Assembly: GCF_018977255.1 (NCBI RefSeq)
Contig: NW_024704742.1
Location: 100,504,001-100,568,000, forward strand
Length of the DNA stretch: 64,000 bases
From: Callorhinchus milii
Taxonomy: Eukaryota
Reading direction: 5' to 3'
Shown here piece by piece: positions 1-10,433 of the stretch (within the stretch, counting starts at the first letter, position 1; every line of letters begins with the position of its first letter). The notes below the pieces were generated by a model. That model had not been told where the DNA came from. It made no database searches and saw only the letters and a program-made list of their open reading frames with translations. A program made the translations under genes and the position numbers.

Positions 1-324
1 CAAAGAGCAGCTGCTCAATATATTCAAAACCTAGCATCACACTTCATTAGAGTTCCAGGGTTAATTTTGTTATCTTATTTTTAGATTTGTCTTGGTATCT
101 GAGAAATGCAGAAAACCATCACTATGCTTGAAAATATCCAAAATAAATTAAGTGTTCCATGCATGCCATCTATGCATGAAAATTCCTGTGTTTGGAATGG
201 AATGTGCACTCTCTCCCCAGAGGGATGCATCCTGCTTACCTCCTACCAGAGTATTAGGCACATGTTGGCAAGAGCTAAGGCTTGGGGACCTCAGATTGTG
301 TATTGGGGTACTGCTTGAGTTTTT

Positions 325-630
325 AATAATAATCGTTGCATTTGACATAGTGCGTTATCACGTCTTCGAGACGTCTCAAAGCACTTCACAGAATATACTA
401 TAAACTGAATTGACTATATACTTTGTGGTCGAAATGCGGCATCCAATTGCACACAACAGCAGCGTCCCACAAACAGTCATGGATTGAGTGACCATATTCT
501 TATTTTATTAAAAAGGGATTATTACCCCCAGTAAAGCGATCTGCCAGTTGACTAACAATCGGGTTCCTACTTATTGCTGGGTAAACAGAGGGGTGTGGAG
601 TAAGCCTAACGTTTCGCCCTGCCCCGGAAT
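325..630 (-). mobile_element. tRNA-derived SINE, long form, 5'-truncated
   Basis: Same body, central segment and (TTA)n tail as the copies at 22029 and 59862. Confidence 0.8.
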
Positions 631-882
631 GCATAGCGTCTCATTGAAAGCTGTCTGTCAAACTTCATATCATAAACATTGTTTAATATACAAACGCCTA
701 TTGTATTATGACTGGTAGCTACAGCTCAAACATGCATTTAAAAAAAAATCTTTTCAGTATATATTGTATTTTGGACCCTGCGGATGTTCCACTCAAGCAA
801 GATTCAGATCATTTCTAAAATTAAAGCAGTTACTTAAAAGATACCTTAGTGTTTGTAGTAACAAACATTCTTATTTTTCCAG

Positions 883-976
883 AGAGGATTTGGTTACAAA
901 GGGAGCAAGTTTCATCGTGTGATCAAGGATTTCTTAATACAGGGTGGAGATATTACAATTGGAGATGGGACAGGAG
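883..976 (+). CDS. PPIC: Peptidyl-prolyl cis-trans isomerase C (cyclophilin C), internal coding exon (exon 3 equivalent)
   Basis: Acceptor ttttccAG at 881-882 and donor GT at 977. The 94-nt exon reads [31 protein letters not shown](G), the cyclophilin core; GDIT and GDGTGG fit PPIC better than PPIB. Confidence 0.95.
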
Positions 977-1463
977 GTAATTATTGTCCATGAAGTTTAA
1001 TTGTTTTAAGTTACTGTAGGTAATAACAACATTAGTATTTGATATAGCGCCTTTTCACATTGTCGAGCCGGCTTAAAACACTTCACAGTAAAATTATGTG
1101 ACTGTTTATTTTGTGTGCGAACTTGGCATTTATATAGTGTGCTTCATGTAGGATAACTTCTCAAGAGGCTTTCAAAGACAGGGTTAGATGCTGAGCAAGA
1201 GAGGGAGGAAAGGGGAGGTGACCTTAGGCATGGTTGAAGAGGTAGGTTTTAAAGCGAGACTTAAAAACAGCGAGACAAGTAATGATGCGATACAAATTTA
1301 CATTTATGTAGCACCTTTCATGCAGGGAGGGCATCCCGAAGTGTTAATCTTGGCTTGTTAGTTATATATTTTTAGAGTTAGATTTCTCAAATGTCTGGCA
1401 CTAAAGTGCAATCGTGTCTCACCAATGCACCTGACACTTTGCACAATATTTTTGATATTCTAG

Positions 1464-1648
1464 GGAAAAGTATCTACGGCAAGACATTTCCAGATGAAAA
1501 CTTCAAGCTGAAACACTATGGAGTTGGCTGGATCAGCATGGCTAATGCAGGACCAGATACCAATGGTTCCCAATTTTTTATTACATTGATCAAACCAACC
1601 TGGCTCGATGGGAAGCATGTTGTGTTTGGAAAAGTTATTGCTGGAATG
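1464..1648 (+). CDS. PPIC: Cyclophilin C, internal coding exon (exon 4 equivalent)
   Basis: Acceptor ctAG and donor GTaac. The 185-nt exon is in phase with the previous one and reads [62 protein letters not shown]. Confidence 0.96.
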
Positions 1649-1849
1649 GTAACTTGCATTTCTTTTTACATGACTGATTACAGTTTACAATTGTGTTCTC
1701 CAGAACAAATTTTATTTAAGTACAACAACAACTTGCATTTATGTAGCGAGGTTATCACACAAGGTAGTGTCTCGGAATACTTAACAGTGGTGGAGTTTGA
1801 AGCCAGGCCAGGGAGAGAGAGGAGGGGGCTTCAGGCACGGTAGAAGAGG

Positions 1850-2290
1850 AAGGTCTTTATTGGGATCTGAAGACTGACAAGGAGGGGGCAAGGTGGGGAG
1901 GTGCTTTGTACATGAGTGTGAGGATCTTGAAGTTAATCCATTCTGCAATAGGGAACCAGTTGAGCTTGACTAGAACTGGCTGGGGTGATGGGGGTGCCGA
2001 GTTTGGTATGAGTGAGAATAGCGATGCTGGAGTTTTGAATAACAGTAATTGGATGTTATGAATGGTGGAGCTGGGGAGACGGACAAGGAGGGCATTTGAC
2101 AAATTGAGGTGGGAGGTGACGAATGCGTGGATAAGGGTTCACCTGTGTCAGATGTGAGGTATGGTTGGAGGTGGGTGATGTGGCAGAGGTGGACCAGATG
2201 TGGTCAGGGACCAGATTCAGGGTAAGAAAGTCAGCTGAGGATCGATCTTTATGCCTAGGTTGTGCTGAGGGTCAGTAAGACTGGGTAAAA
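1850..2290 (-). mobile_element. L2-clade LINE fragment (3' part of ORF2)
   Basis: Minus-strand translation ...PVLVKLNWFPIAEWINFKILTLMYKA... resembles the L2 motif 'LHWLPV..RI.FKIL.L.YKAL' and the copies at 16 and 38-39 kb. Confidence 0.75.
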
Positions 2291-2779
2291 ACAGAAACAG
2301 GTAGATGCTGTCTTGTTAAATTCAGGATAAATGATGGAAGAGCAAGACTATGTACGAAATCTATGTATGACTAAGGTTATGTGTAAAGGAAGGCAAGATG
2401 GGCTGGAAGATGTGGAGATTTCATACCTATCTCCAGTTTTGGAAGGTAATACACACAGTTAATTATCCAGTTAAAGATTTTTTTTGTATAAACATAGATT
2501 ATTTTCACAATAGCTGTTCATATGGCCACGCAGCATATCATATCATGACCTAGGTTCAAGAGTAAGGTACCTGGTCTATCATGCTTGCTCCGATAGTTTG
2601 TTAGATCGTGGCAGTGCTTTAGAGTTTTAATCCCATTTCCACAAAATGGGATTAAATCACCTTTAATCAAGCACAGCTGCCCTATGTTGAGAAAAAGACC
2701 TTTAGAAAGCAAGATTTGTGGGTAAGAGACGACCCGACTTTCACAACTGAAAAGTTGTAGGGGTAAATCATGGCTCCAG

Positions 2780-3600
2780 GAGAACTTTTTTAGTTAGCAC
2801 CATGAGGTTTCGGTTAGGGGAATGACTTTCTGGAAATAAGAAAACCTCTCACCAGTAGATTATTTCACTCAAAAGCCAATTCATTAAATGTAAGCTCGGA
2901 GAAGGGAGCAGAGAGCGAGAAAGAGAGAAAGGGAAAGAGAGAGCGAGAGAGAGAGAAAGAGGAAAGGGGGAGTTGGGTCAGATCTGACTCTCCACAGTGA
3001 TTTCTTGCAATCACATCTTGTGAATGATCCTTGGAGTAGTAACAGGAAATGGCAGGAGGGAAATCAAAATGCATACTGGAACATAGCTTTCCAGGAAATC
3101 AATAGTCCATCAAGAGAAAGTGGCCGTCTTGACTTCTGCTACAGATATCCTCAATGTTTTATTCTAGAAGCTTGCTATAAGATACATTTCCAGGTAATAT
3201 CACCTGTCAGAGATCGCGTGAAGTGTCTGGTTGAAGGCTCTATTACTGAGGATGTAGCTACCTTGTTGCTGCTCGTGGCATCTGCTGTGATATTTTACAC
3301 ATCTGGGGTGCATTGAGAACAAAATAATTCCTGGTTCTGGTGACACCATTATCAGCTCTGCAATGCCTTTCTGCAAGGAGAACTCGACAGCATCCTTGTC
3401 CTTTCAGTGCATAATGCACCACAGTGGTATTTTCCACACAGCATCTCAGTTTGAAGCTCCATTAAGTAAAGAATAGGAACTAAAGTATACGCTTTGAAAT
3501 TGAGGCTGTACATGCAAAGAAAAAGCCTTGCTTTTGTATCCACGCACCAGGCAGAACGAATTCGCATCCACTCCAGCCCTTCCTTCAAATACAATCATTC
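2780..3600 (-). mobile_element. Highly degraded DIRS-like retrotransposon reverse transcriptase relic
   Basis: Collinear motif-like peptides on -: EWMRIRSAWCVDT..YSLNF, KDAVE, KTLR...TIDFLESY (3083-3106), LLPFPVTTPRI/FTRC (~3013-3058), LLVRGFLISRKS (2823-2858). Contains stops and frameshifts. Confidence 0.45.
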
Positions 3601-4961
3601 TGCCCGACAAGGGAAACATTTATCAGGGTAAAGGATGGCAGCAGAGTCTATAAATGTAACCTGTTCAAGATGTATATCTCAAGAGCATCAGCTTAGGGAA
3701 AACTTTACTTCTTGGTCAATCACAGTGTCCTGGGACAAAGGGCACATGGATATTTTGAAGTTTAAATGCAATGTTGACTGAAAGGCCATCATTCACAAAA
3801 TTTTACCATCAAACCCCAGGATGCCCTCAGCCAGAATGTTTCTTAAATCTGTCTCACTGCTCATGGGACCGAATACTCAAGCAGTGAGGTGGTGAGACAT
3901 TCTAGTGGTAAAAGTAGACCTTCGCTGGAGATGGCGAGAGGTGACTCGACTTGGAATTTCCCTGGTGATGAATAATCCTAGGCTCCTTTGAACATTGCTG
4001 CATAGTGGCAATTCTGGTCTCTCCCCCTCCCCCCCATCACCAATTCCATACAATTACTTATTTAAAGTTCTTGTCAATGTTTTGAATCAGTTACATCATC
4101 AGGAAAGAGTGAAAAAGGCCCATGGTACATCAAGTCAGCTTCCGGGAGAATCCTCCAAACTCCACAAAGTGTATGCTTGCACAGCACTCCTACTGCTGGC
4201 ACTCAGCCTCTGCCTAGGAGAGGCAAAACCAGAGAAAACAAAGTGGCCAGTTTGTGGAAAAAGCTGCTAGCTGATCTGACTACCAGCTGAATGACGTGCA
4301 GTTACATTGCAATTTTGTACTTTGATTGTGCCATTTCTCAGCCCAGTGAGGTAAACTTTTCCCTTGTAGGGAAGCAGCACAGAATGTCACATCATTAACC
4401 TCATAAGGAGAACAGAGGGATATAATTCTTAAAAGATTTGCTAAGAGCAGGCCTTTTGGGTGCTAACTGGAGGAGGGAGAGGGTAAATACTAAGAGGAAC
4501 AGATTCCCTCAGTTTTGGAAAGTGCATCTCATCCAGTCGTTATGTGGAAGATAATAGGGATAGAAGCATAATCTTGATATTAAAGGTCTTGGGAAACGAA
4601 TCATTTAACAGATATTTGCTAATTCAAACAAAAAAAGCAAAAAGCCAAACTCCAGCAACACAACTGCAATGTATCCAACAGAAGTAATAACTGGCATGCC
4701 TGTAGCTTGGACTCTCTAAGTACATTGACAGATGAGGCATAAATGGGGATTACAAACAAGAATGATCCCTAATTTTTCATCAGATTGAACAGGTGACCTT
4801 CATCTGAACTTGTGAACAATTATCCGAATTCGGTAATCAGTAGTAGAAACCAAATGATTCATGGCTGGTTCATGTAGAATTTTGGCAGCAAAATGAAAAA
4901 TATGAAATCAATAAATCTTCCAGAAAACTACAACTAACTATTTGTCTCATTGCTTTTCTAG

Positions 4962-5093
4962 TCTGTGGTGCACATGGTAGAACTTCGGGAAACAAATGCT
5001 GAAAACAGACCTCTTGAAGACTGTGTGATAGCAAATAGTGGCAAGATAGATGTAAAAGAGCCTTTTGTGGTTGAAGTGGATGCTGACCAGTAA
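4962..5093 (+). CDS. PPIC: Cyclophilin C, last coding exon
   Basis: Acceptor tgcttttctAG. Reads [43 protein letters not shown] with TAA at 5091-5093, matching the PPIC C-terminus (human ...[18 protein letters not shown]). Confidence 0.94.
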   Translation, partial: SVVHMVELRETNAENRPLEDCVIANSGKIDVKEPFVVEVDADQ

Positions 5094-5644
5094 GAGAATA
5101 GAATACCACACACAACATTGTGTAGGAGTAAGATGGGAGATTTGCGGAGAAGACAGAGTGGTTGCATTGATCAAGCGGCGTTTGATAACGCTGGTGCACC
5201 CAAGTGATTCTTTTCAAAACGAGATCTGGCTTCCTAAGTAAAAAGCAATTTGGTACATTTAGAAGACTCTAGCACAGACATTACTGAATGAGTACTATTT
5301 ACTTATTACATACTGTATGTTCAATGCAATTGTAAAGCTTGCAGAATATTCTTAACTGTATTTTTAATCATACATTCCAGCATCTCTCTTGTTATGTTAG
5401 CCTGACTCAGGAAAGGGTATTTCACAGAACTTGTATTTTAATTATACATTTTAACACTATACAAACTTGTCCAAGATACACTTGCAAAATAATGTCAGAA
5501 GATGAATTACAATGAAAAATGTACAGTTTCCCCCAAACGTTTTTGTTAGATAATCGCAAACAGCTATTTAAACAGTGTTCTCAAAAATTCCAGCTAAGTA
5601 GAAACATCTATTGTGTACTTGCCCTGTGATGAATTTGCCTGCTG

Positions 5645-5650
5645 AATAAA
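5645..5650 (+). promoter_or_regulatory. Candidate PPIC polyadenylation signal (AATAAA)
   Basis: AATAAA ~550 nt after the stop, followed by U/GU-rich sequence (tttttgttgtc). A second AATAAA is at 5866-5871. Confidence 0.5.
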
Positions 5651-6352
5651 TTGGATTTCATTTTTGTTGTCAGTATTAACTCTTCACTGTAAGACCGTAA
5701 AACACTGATCCTAAAATTAACCTCTGAAAACAACTTGCAGCCTATTTGTTGAAGGAGGCGTGATTAAATATGCTAGAATAATAACTCAATATTTCACAGC
5801 AAGCAAACAAAACAATTCCACTAAATATATATTTTTTTAACCTTTAGTGTACCATGTTTTGAATCAATAAATAACAAATTAATTCATTTAAATAAATTTA
5901 AATGAAACGCTTAAATAGACAAATTAATTCATTTAAATAAATGAATTAATGAATTCTTTAATTGTGGTCATAAATGTTATATTAATCCATTTAGTCAGAC
6001 TAGTCATCCTCTGTCACAGCAGTTGGTAGGGCAAGCAAACTGGGAAAATAAAGCACAGCTTGAACATAGCTTTTGGCTAAAACGTACAATTTTCCCTTAA
6101 AGAATCTCCTTTTTTTTTGAATATTGTGGTACCTTAGTACCCTGTCTAGTGCCAGAACTCAAAGACCTAATACTTTATAATCATTGAATTTCTCTATACA
6201 CACCCTTAATTTAAGATTGTGTGTTCAATTTGGTACTTCCGCTCATAATCTAGGCTGAAAATCCAATGTAGTACTGGGGGAGTGCTGCATTGTTAAGCCA
6301 TTTTCCTCCCATCACCTTTCTCCACTGTTGTGCTCCTCCAAGCCCTTGTCTG

Positions 6353-6690
6353 ATAATAATAATAATCCTTGCATTTGATGTACCACCTCATCGCGTGTAC
6401 GAGACATCTCAAAGTGCTTCACAGAATTTACTGTAAAGGGAATTGACTGTATATTTTGTGGGCAACATGTGGCAGCCAATTGCACACAGCAGTGTTCCAC
6501 AAACAGTCGTGGACTGAGTGACCAATTTATTATTTTTTTTTTTACGGATTACACCCGGAAAAGCGATTTGCCAATCGACTAACAACCGGGTTCCTACTTA
6601 CTGCTAGATAAACAGAGGCATGTGAAGTAAGGAAACTTTCCCAATGTTTTGCCCTGCCAGGAATCAAACCCATGTTTTCCCATTTCACAG
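6353..6690 (-). mobile_element. tRNA-derived SINE, long form
   Basis: Tail aataataatccttgcatttgat; central segment gactaacaaccgggttcctacttactgct; degenerate head. Confidence 0.82.
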
Positions 6691-6798
6691 AGCTTTATCT
6701 TAGATGTTTTTACTTACGGTTAGTCACTTCCCTCAGACGTAGACATAGAGTTTGTGATGGAGCAACTGTGTGCCTTCTGTGGATGAGCTCAATAACCC

Positions 6799-6804
6799 TT
6801 TATT
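6799..6804 (-). promoter_or_regulatory. Candidate distal SNX24 polyadenylation signal
   Basis: TTTATT on + is AATAAA on -. Other candidates are at 8328-8333 (AATAAA) and 7720-7725 (ATTAAA); which one is used cannot be determined here. Confidence 0.3.
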
Positions 6805-7376
6805 GTAAACATTTTTCTTTGCATTCGGTATTGCAGATATAAATCTGGATGCCAAAGGGAAATTCCAAATATAGGTGTTGCAAGAAATTATATCTGCGCG
6901 TATGTGTCCAACCTGTATAAATATCTATAAACGCTAAACAGTTACATGAACAACTTAATAATGCAAACAACATTAATTCAACACGAGGAAATTGGATCAA
7001 TTAGTTTCAGAAAATTCCTTTAGCTCCTTTGACAGATACAAATGTGACTGGCAATGGAATTCCAATGACCTATAACTATTTTTAAAGCTAAGGTTTAAAT
7101 CTTAGAAAGTTACAGCATAACTTTTCTGTTAAGTCTATTTAAGTGGGGTCATTATAGAACAAAGGAAGACCTTCAACTGAAATGTCCTGCCTCACCCAGC
7201 ATCATTTAGGGGCAGTGATATTACAAGCATTTGACTCACAGCCTAAGTAAGTAAAACAATGCAAACCAGCAAACTGAAGTAAGTGCTACTGGATCCGTTT
7301 CATTCTCATCGTGGATTTGTTGCATCTACACAAGCAACTCTGCTAACTGGTGCCCAAAGGTTACTTAATCTTTTGA

Positions 7377-7680
7377 CAACAACAACAAATTGCATTTATT
7401 ATAGCGCCTTTCAAGTCAGGAGGATGTCCCAAGGCGCTGAACATTGCAGGGTTTGCACCCAAGCTTGGGGTTGGAGTCAAGAGGGGTGGGAGGGTGGAAA
7501 AGATGACTAAAGATACGTTCGAAGAGGAAAGTCTTGAGAGGAGGAAAGTGAGTGAACGAGACTGAGGGGCTCTGGGATGGAGTTTCAGAGGATGGAGTTT
7601 CAGAGGATGGAGGCAGGAAGGCTGAAGGCCTGATTTGCTGATGGTGGAGAAGGCAAGGCGGGGACATGGTGCAGGACAAT
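7377..7680 (-). mobile_element. L2 LINE 3' end fragment
   Basis: (CAA)n tail plus atagcgcctttcaagtcaggaggatgtcccaaggcgct, shared with the L2 at 16017. Contains a 15-bp tandem duplication gatggagtttcagag. Confidence 0.7.
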
Positions 7681-8519
7681 ACCCACTGAGACATTACAGA
7701 GACAGGAATTCTGCTGACTTTTAATAAAGTTACAGAATTTGAGTTGGTTCAAGGTGTACATTTGTATTGAAATGAAACAAATTTTGTTGATTATTTAAAC
7801 TGTTGAGCCAGCTAATTTACCAACATCTTAAACAAATTTAAGCCTAAATTTAGCTAATGTGACATAAAATTGTATGAATTTAGAAGTTATTCTCAATATG
7901 CCCTCCCCCCCACTGTATAAGACTGTTTTTAAAATGTAACTGCATGAAAAATAAGTCAACAAGTCTTGAATGTTTCAAATGTTATTAAATGCAGTGATTA
8001 CAACATATATTTTTAAACCAGATGATGTGCTTTACTTATTCAATACTGTTAACAAGATTTCAAACATGACTATAATGGGCTTCTGCATGATTCATTGCCT
8101 ACAGATAAATATTGTTTAATTTCCACATAATTAAGTGCAACAAATATTTCTAGCAGAAATCTTGATTTATGACGTTGCAATAACTAACTTTTTTCAACAG
8201 AAAAATTGAGACAAAATCGAAAGACTCTTCATTCAACAATGAAGCAATGGTCTTGACTTTACAATTTACAGAACATGATTTAAATTTTATGTTCAAATTA
8301 ATAATGATTAACACTGACGTACCCACATTTATTGAACTTAATGTGTTCTGAACTATGTAAAAGTTAAAAACAATTAGCATATTAAGTTTCAAATAATGCA
8401 TATTCCATTGAGAAAGTCAATTGGAACAGTTTCTTAAAAAATGTGCAACTCTAATATTTGTTACTGATTAGTCTGTTGGTTCAGGGCTCTTGAAGTGTCT
8501 TTTGCTTGTAGAAATTGCT

Positions 8520-8590
8520 CTACCTTGGCTGAAGACACGGGTAATATATTCCTTGTAGAACCCCTTCAATAACTACATTTGAGAAGTCAT
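8520..8590 (-). CDS. SNX24: Sorting nexin 24, last coding exon (exon 7)
   Basis: Minus-strand acceptor ttatcttAG. Reads (D)DFSNVVIEGVLQGIYYPCLQPR*; human SNX24 ends DFPNVVIEGVLHGIFYPHLQPR. Confidence 0.95.
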
Positions 8591-9774
8591 CTAAGATAAT
8601 AAGAGAAAGGAAGGTGAGATCCTAGTATAACAACTATAATCAAAAATAAAGAATGTGCATTTTTGTTAAGCCTTACATAAATTTTGTCTCAAAGCATTTC
8701 ACATGCAATTACAATTCGTGGGAGAATGTGGCAGCCATTTGCACCATCATTTCCCCAAAACAGCTACAAGAACAGCAGCAAAATTACATTTGTATAGTGC
8801 CTTTCACATCGGGAGGACGTCTCAAGGCACTGGACAGAATCAGTTACGGACCCGAGCTGAGGGTCGGGGTGGGGGAGGGCATGGGGGGAAGCAGGGAGGT
8901 CGAATCTCATCCAAAAGGCAGCACAGTGCCAGCCTGAACTGAGCTCAAGGATTGTAGTTATATAAATTCAAGACAGCATCTCAGATCAGGGTTGAAATAA
9001 ACTAAACCTTTACTTTAAAGTTAAGGTTACTTGAAATGTAGGCTTCTGGGAACAAACTTTTACAACAAAATGTTTTACTCTTGGCTCCAACCTTTTGTCT
9101 ACCTCTAAATAAGGCAGTGTTCAACACAGGCCAATTTCAGATGCATTAAAAGTTTTAATGAGTGCAGAGCAGCATACCGTACACATCTTAAGGGGCCCCT
9201 AATGGTAAAATCTCTCAGCAGAAGTGTACAGTTTATTCAACTTCTTCGGAGAACTAATTGGAGATTGTTCCTGAACAGGGTAAGTGCCATATTTTAGCTG
9301 AGCTTGGAAGATGACAAACGAGTAACTAGTCACTGTGTGAACAAGAACCTTTGAATGTCTCAGCAACACTATAGAGTCTACTTGTTAGTGTTGCTCTCTA
9401 AAGCTATAGTTTGTTATAGTCTAACTGGGAAAAGCAATTGAAATGCACCTAATCCTTGCTCTCCCCAGATAAAGTCTGGCTGTGCCTGCGGTCTGGAAAC
9501 AAGTGAGAGAATTAATCCTGGAATTTCACACATCAAACCACTCAGTCTGGATCTCCTGCTGAGATTTGAGAAAATTCTGGAGTGAAACCACTCCTTATGC
9601 TCTCGTGCTCAGAGAAAGTGAAAACGTCTCATCCTTCAGCAAAAGTCAATTGTCTCAGGAGACTTGACAGAGCCCAAGCGCCCCTCCAGGACATTCCATT
9701 GCCAGGCATGTCACCTTGGAACCAGTTCAGCTCCAGGAAGACTCCATTTGAACCAACCAGCGCTCTTAAAATGT

Positions 9775-10090
9775 GGAGTCCTGTAGCTCAGTGGTTAGAG
9801 CAATCGCTTTGCAAGCGAGAGACCTGAGTTCAATTCCAGGCAGGGCGAAACCTTGGGCAAGTTTCCTTACTCCACACGCCTAATAATAATCCCTCCAAAA
9901 CCAAAAACAATAATAAATTGGTCAATTTCAATCTACGACTGTTTGTGGGACACTGCTGTGCGCAATTGGCTGCTGCGTTCGCCCACAAATATACAGTCAA
10001 TTCACTTCACAGTATATTCTGTGAAGCGCTTTGGGACGTCAAGAAGACGTGAAAAGCGCGATATCAAATGCAAGGATTATTATTATTATT
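9775..10090 (+). mobile_element. Full-length tRNA(Ala-like)-derived SINE, short form (SINE2-1_CM-like)
   Basis: Head GGAGTCCTGTAGCTCAGTGGTTAGAGC (A box) ... GAGTTCAATTCC (B box); body; L2-type tail ending (TAT)n. Flanked by TTAAAATGT(G) direct repeats. Confidence 0.9.
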
Positions 10091-10368
10091 AAAATGTGCA
10101 ATACAGAAGTCAAGCCCATGATCAGTGGTGTCAGTGTGAACCTCAAACTAATGTACAACTGGTATTTGTTAAAGACTTGGCAAAACTTTTAACAAATTCT
10201 TCAGGGCAGTTTAATTGGGGGATGGGGGGAGGGTGGAATCAAGTTTAGAACTTTTCTAACCAAATCTTAATCTTATTGATGTTAATTTTCGTTCTGATTT
10301 TCGCACTGATTTACTGGGTTAAGGGTTGAAACAGTAAAGAGCTGTTAACAGATGACAGGTTTGATTAC

Positions 10369-10433
10369 CGATGGCTGTAGACAAGATGTATGGATCCCTC
10401 AGGAAAAGCAGCACGGGCTGGTGGGATAGTTTG
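10369..10433 (-). CDS. SNX24: Sorting nexin 24, exon 6
   Basis: cctttccAG / GTaatc boundaries, 65 nt. Reads (S)KLSHQPVLLFLRDPYILSTAI(D). Confidence 0.95.

Noticed and set aside
1391..1843. 150-aa single-exon ORF containing a cyclophilin fragment
   Set aside because: Only 1464-1648 is exonic; the flanking residues are intron read-through beyond clear AG/GT sites.
9775..9850. tRNA-Ala(TGC)-like sequence (also at ~22310-22383, 41460-41534, 47100-47173, 47538-47610 and 59862-59935)
   Set aside because: Each continues into the same SINE body and tail and lacks a proper acceptor stem and Pol III terminator; these are SINE heads, not tRNA genes.
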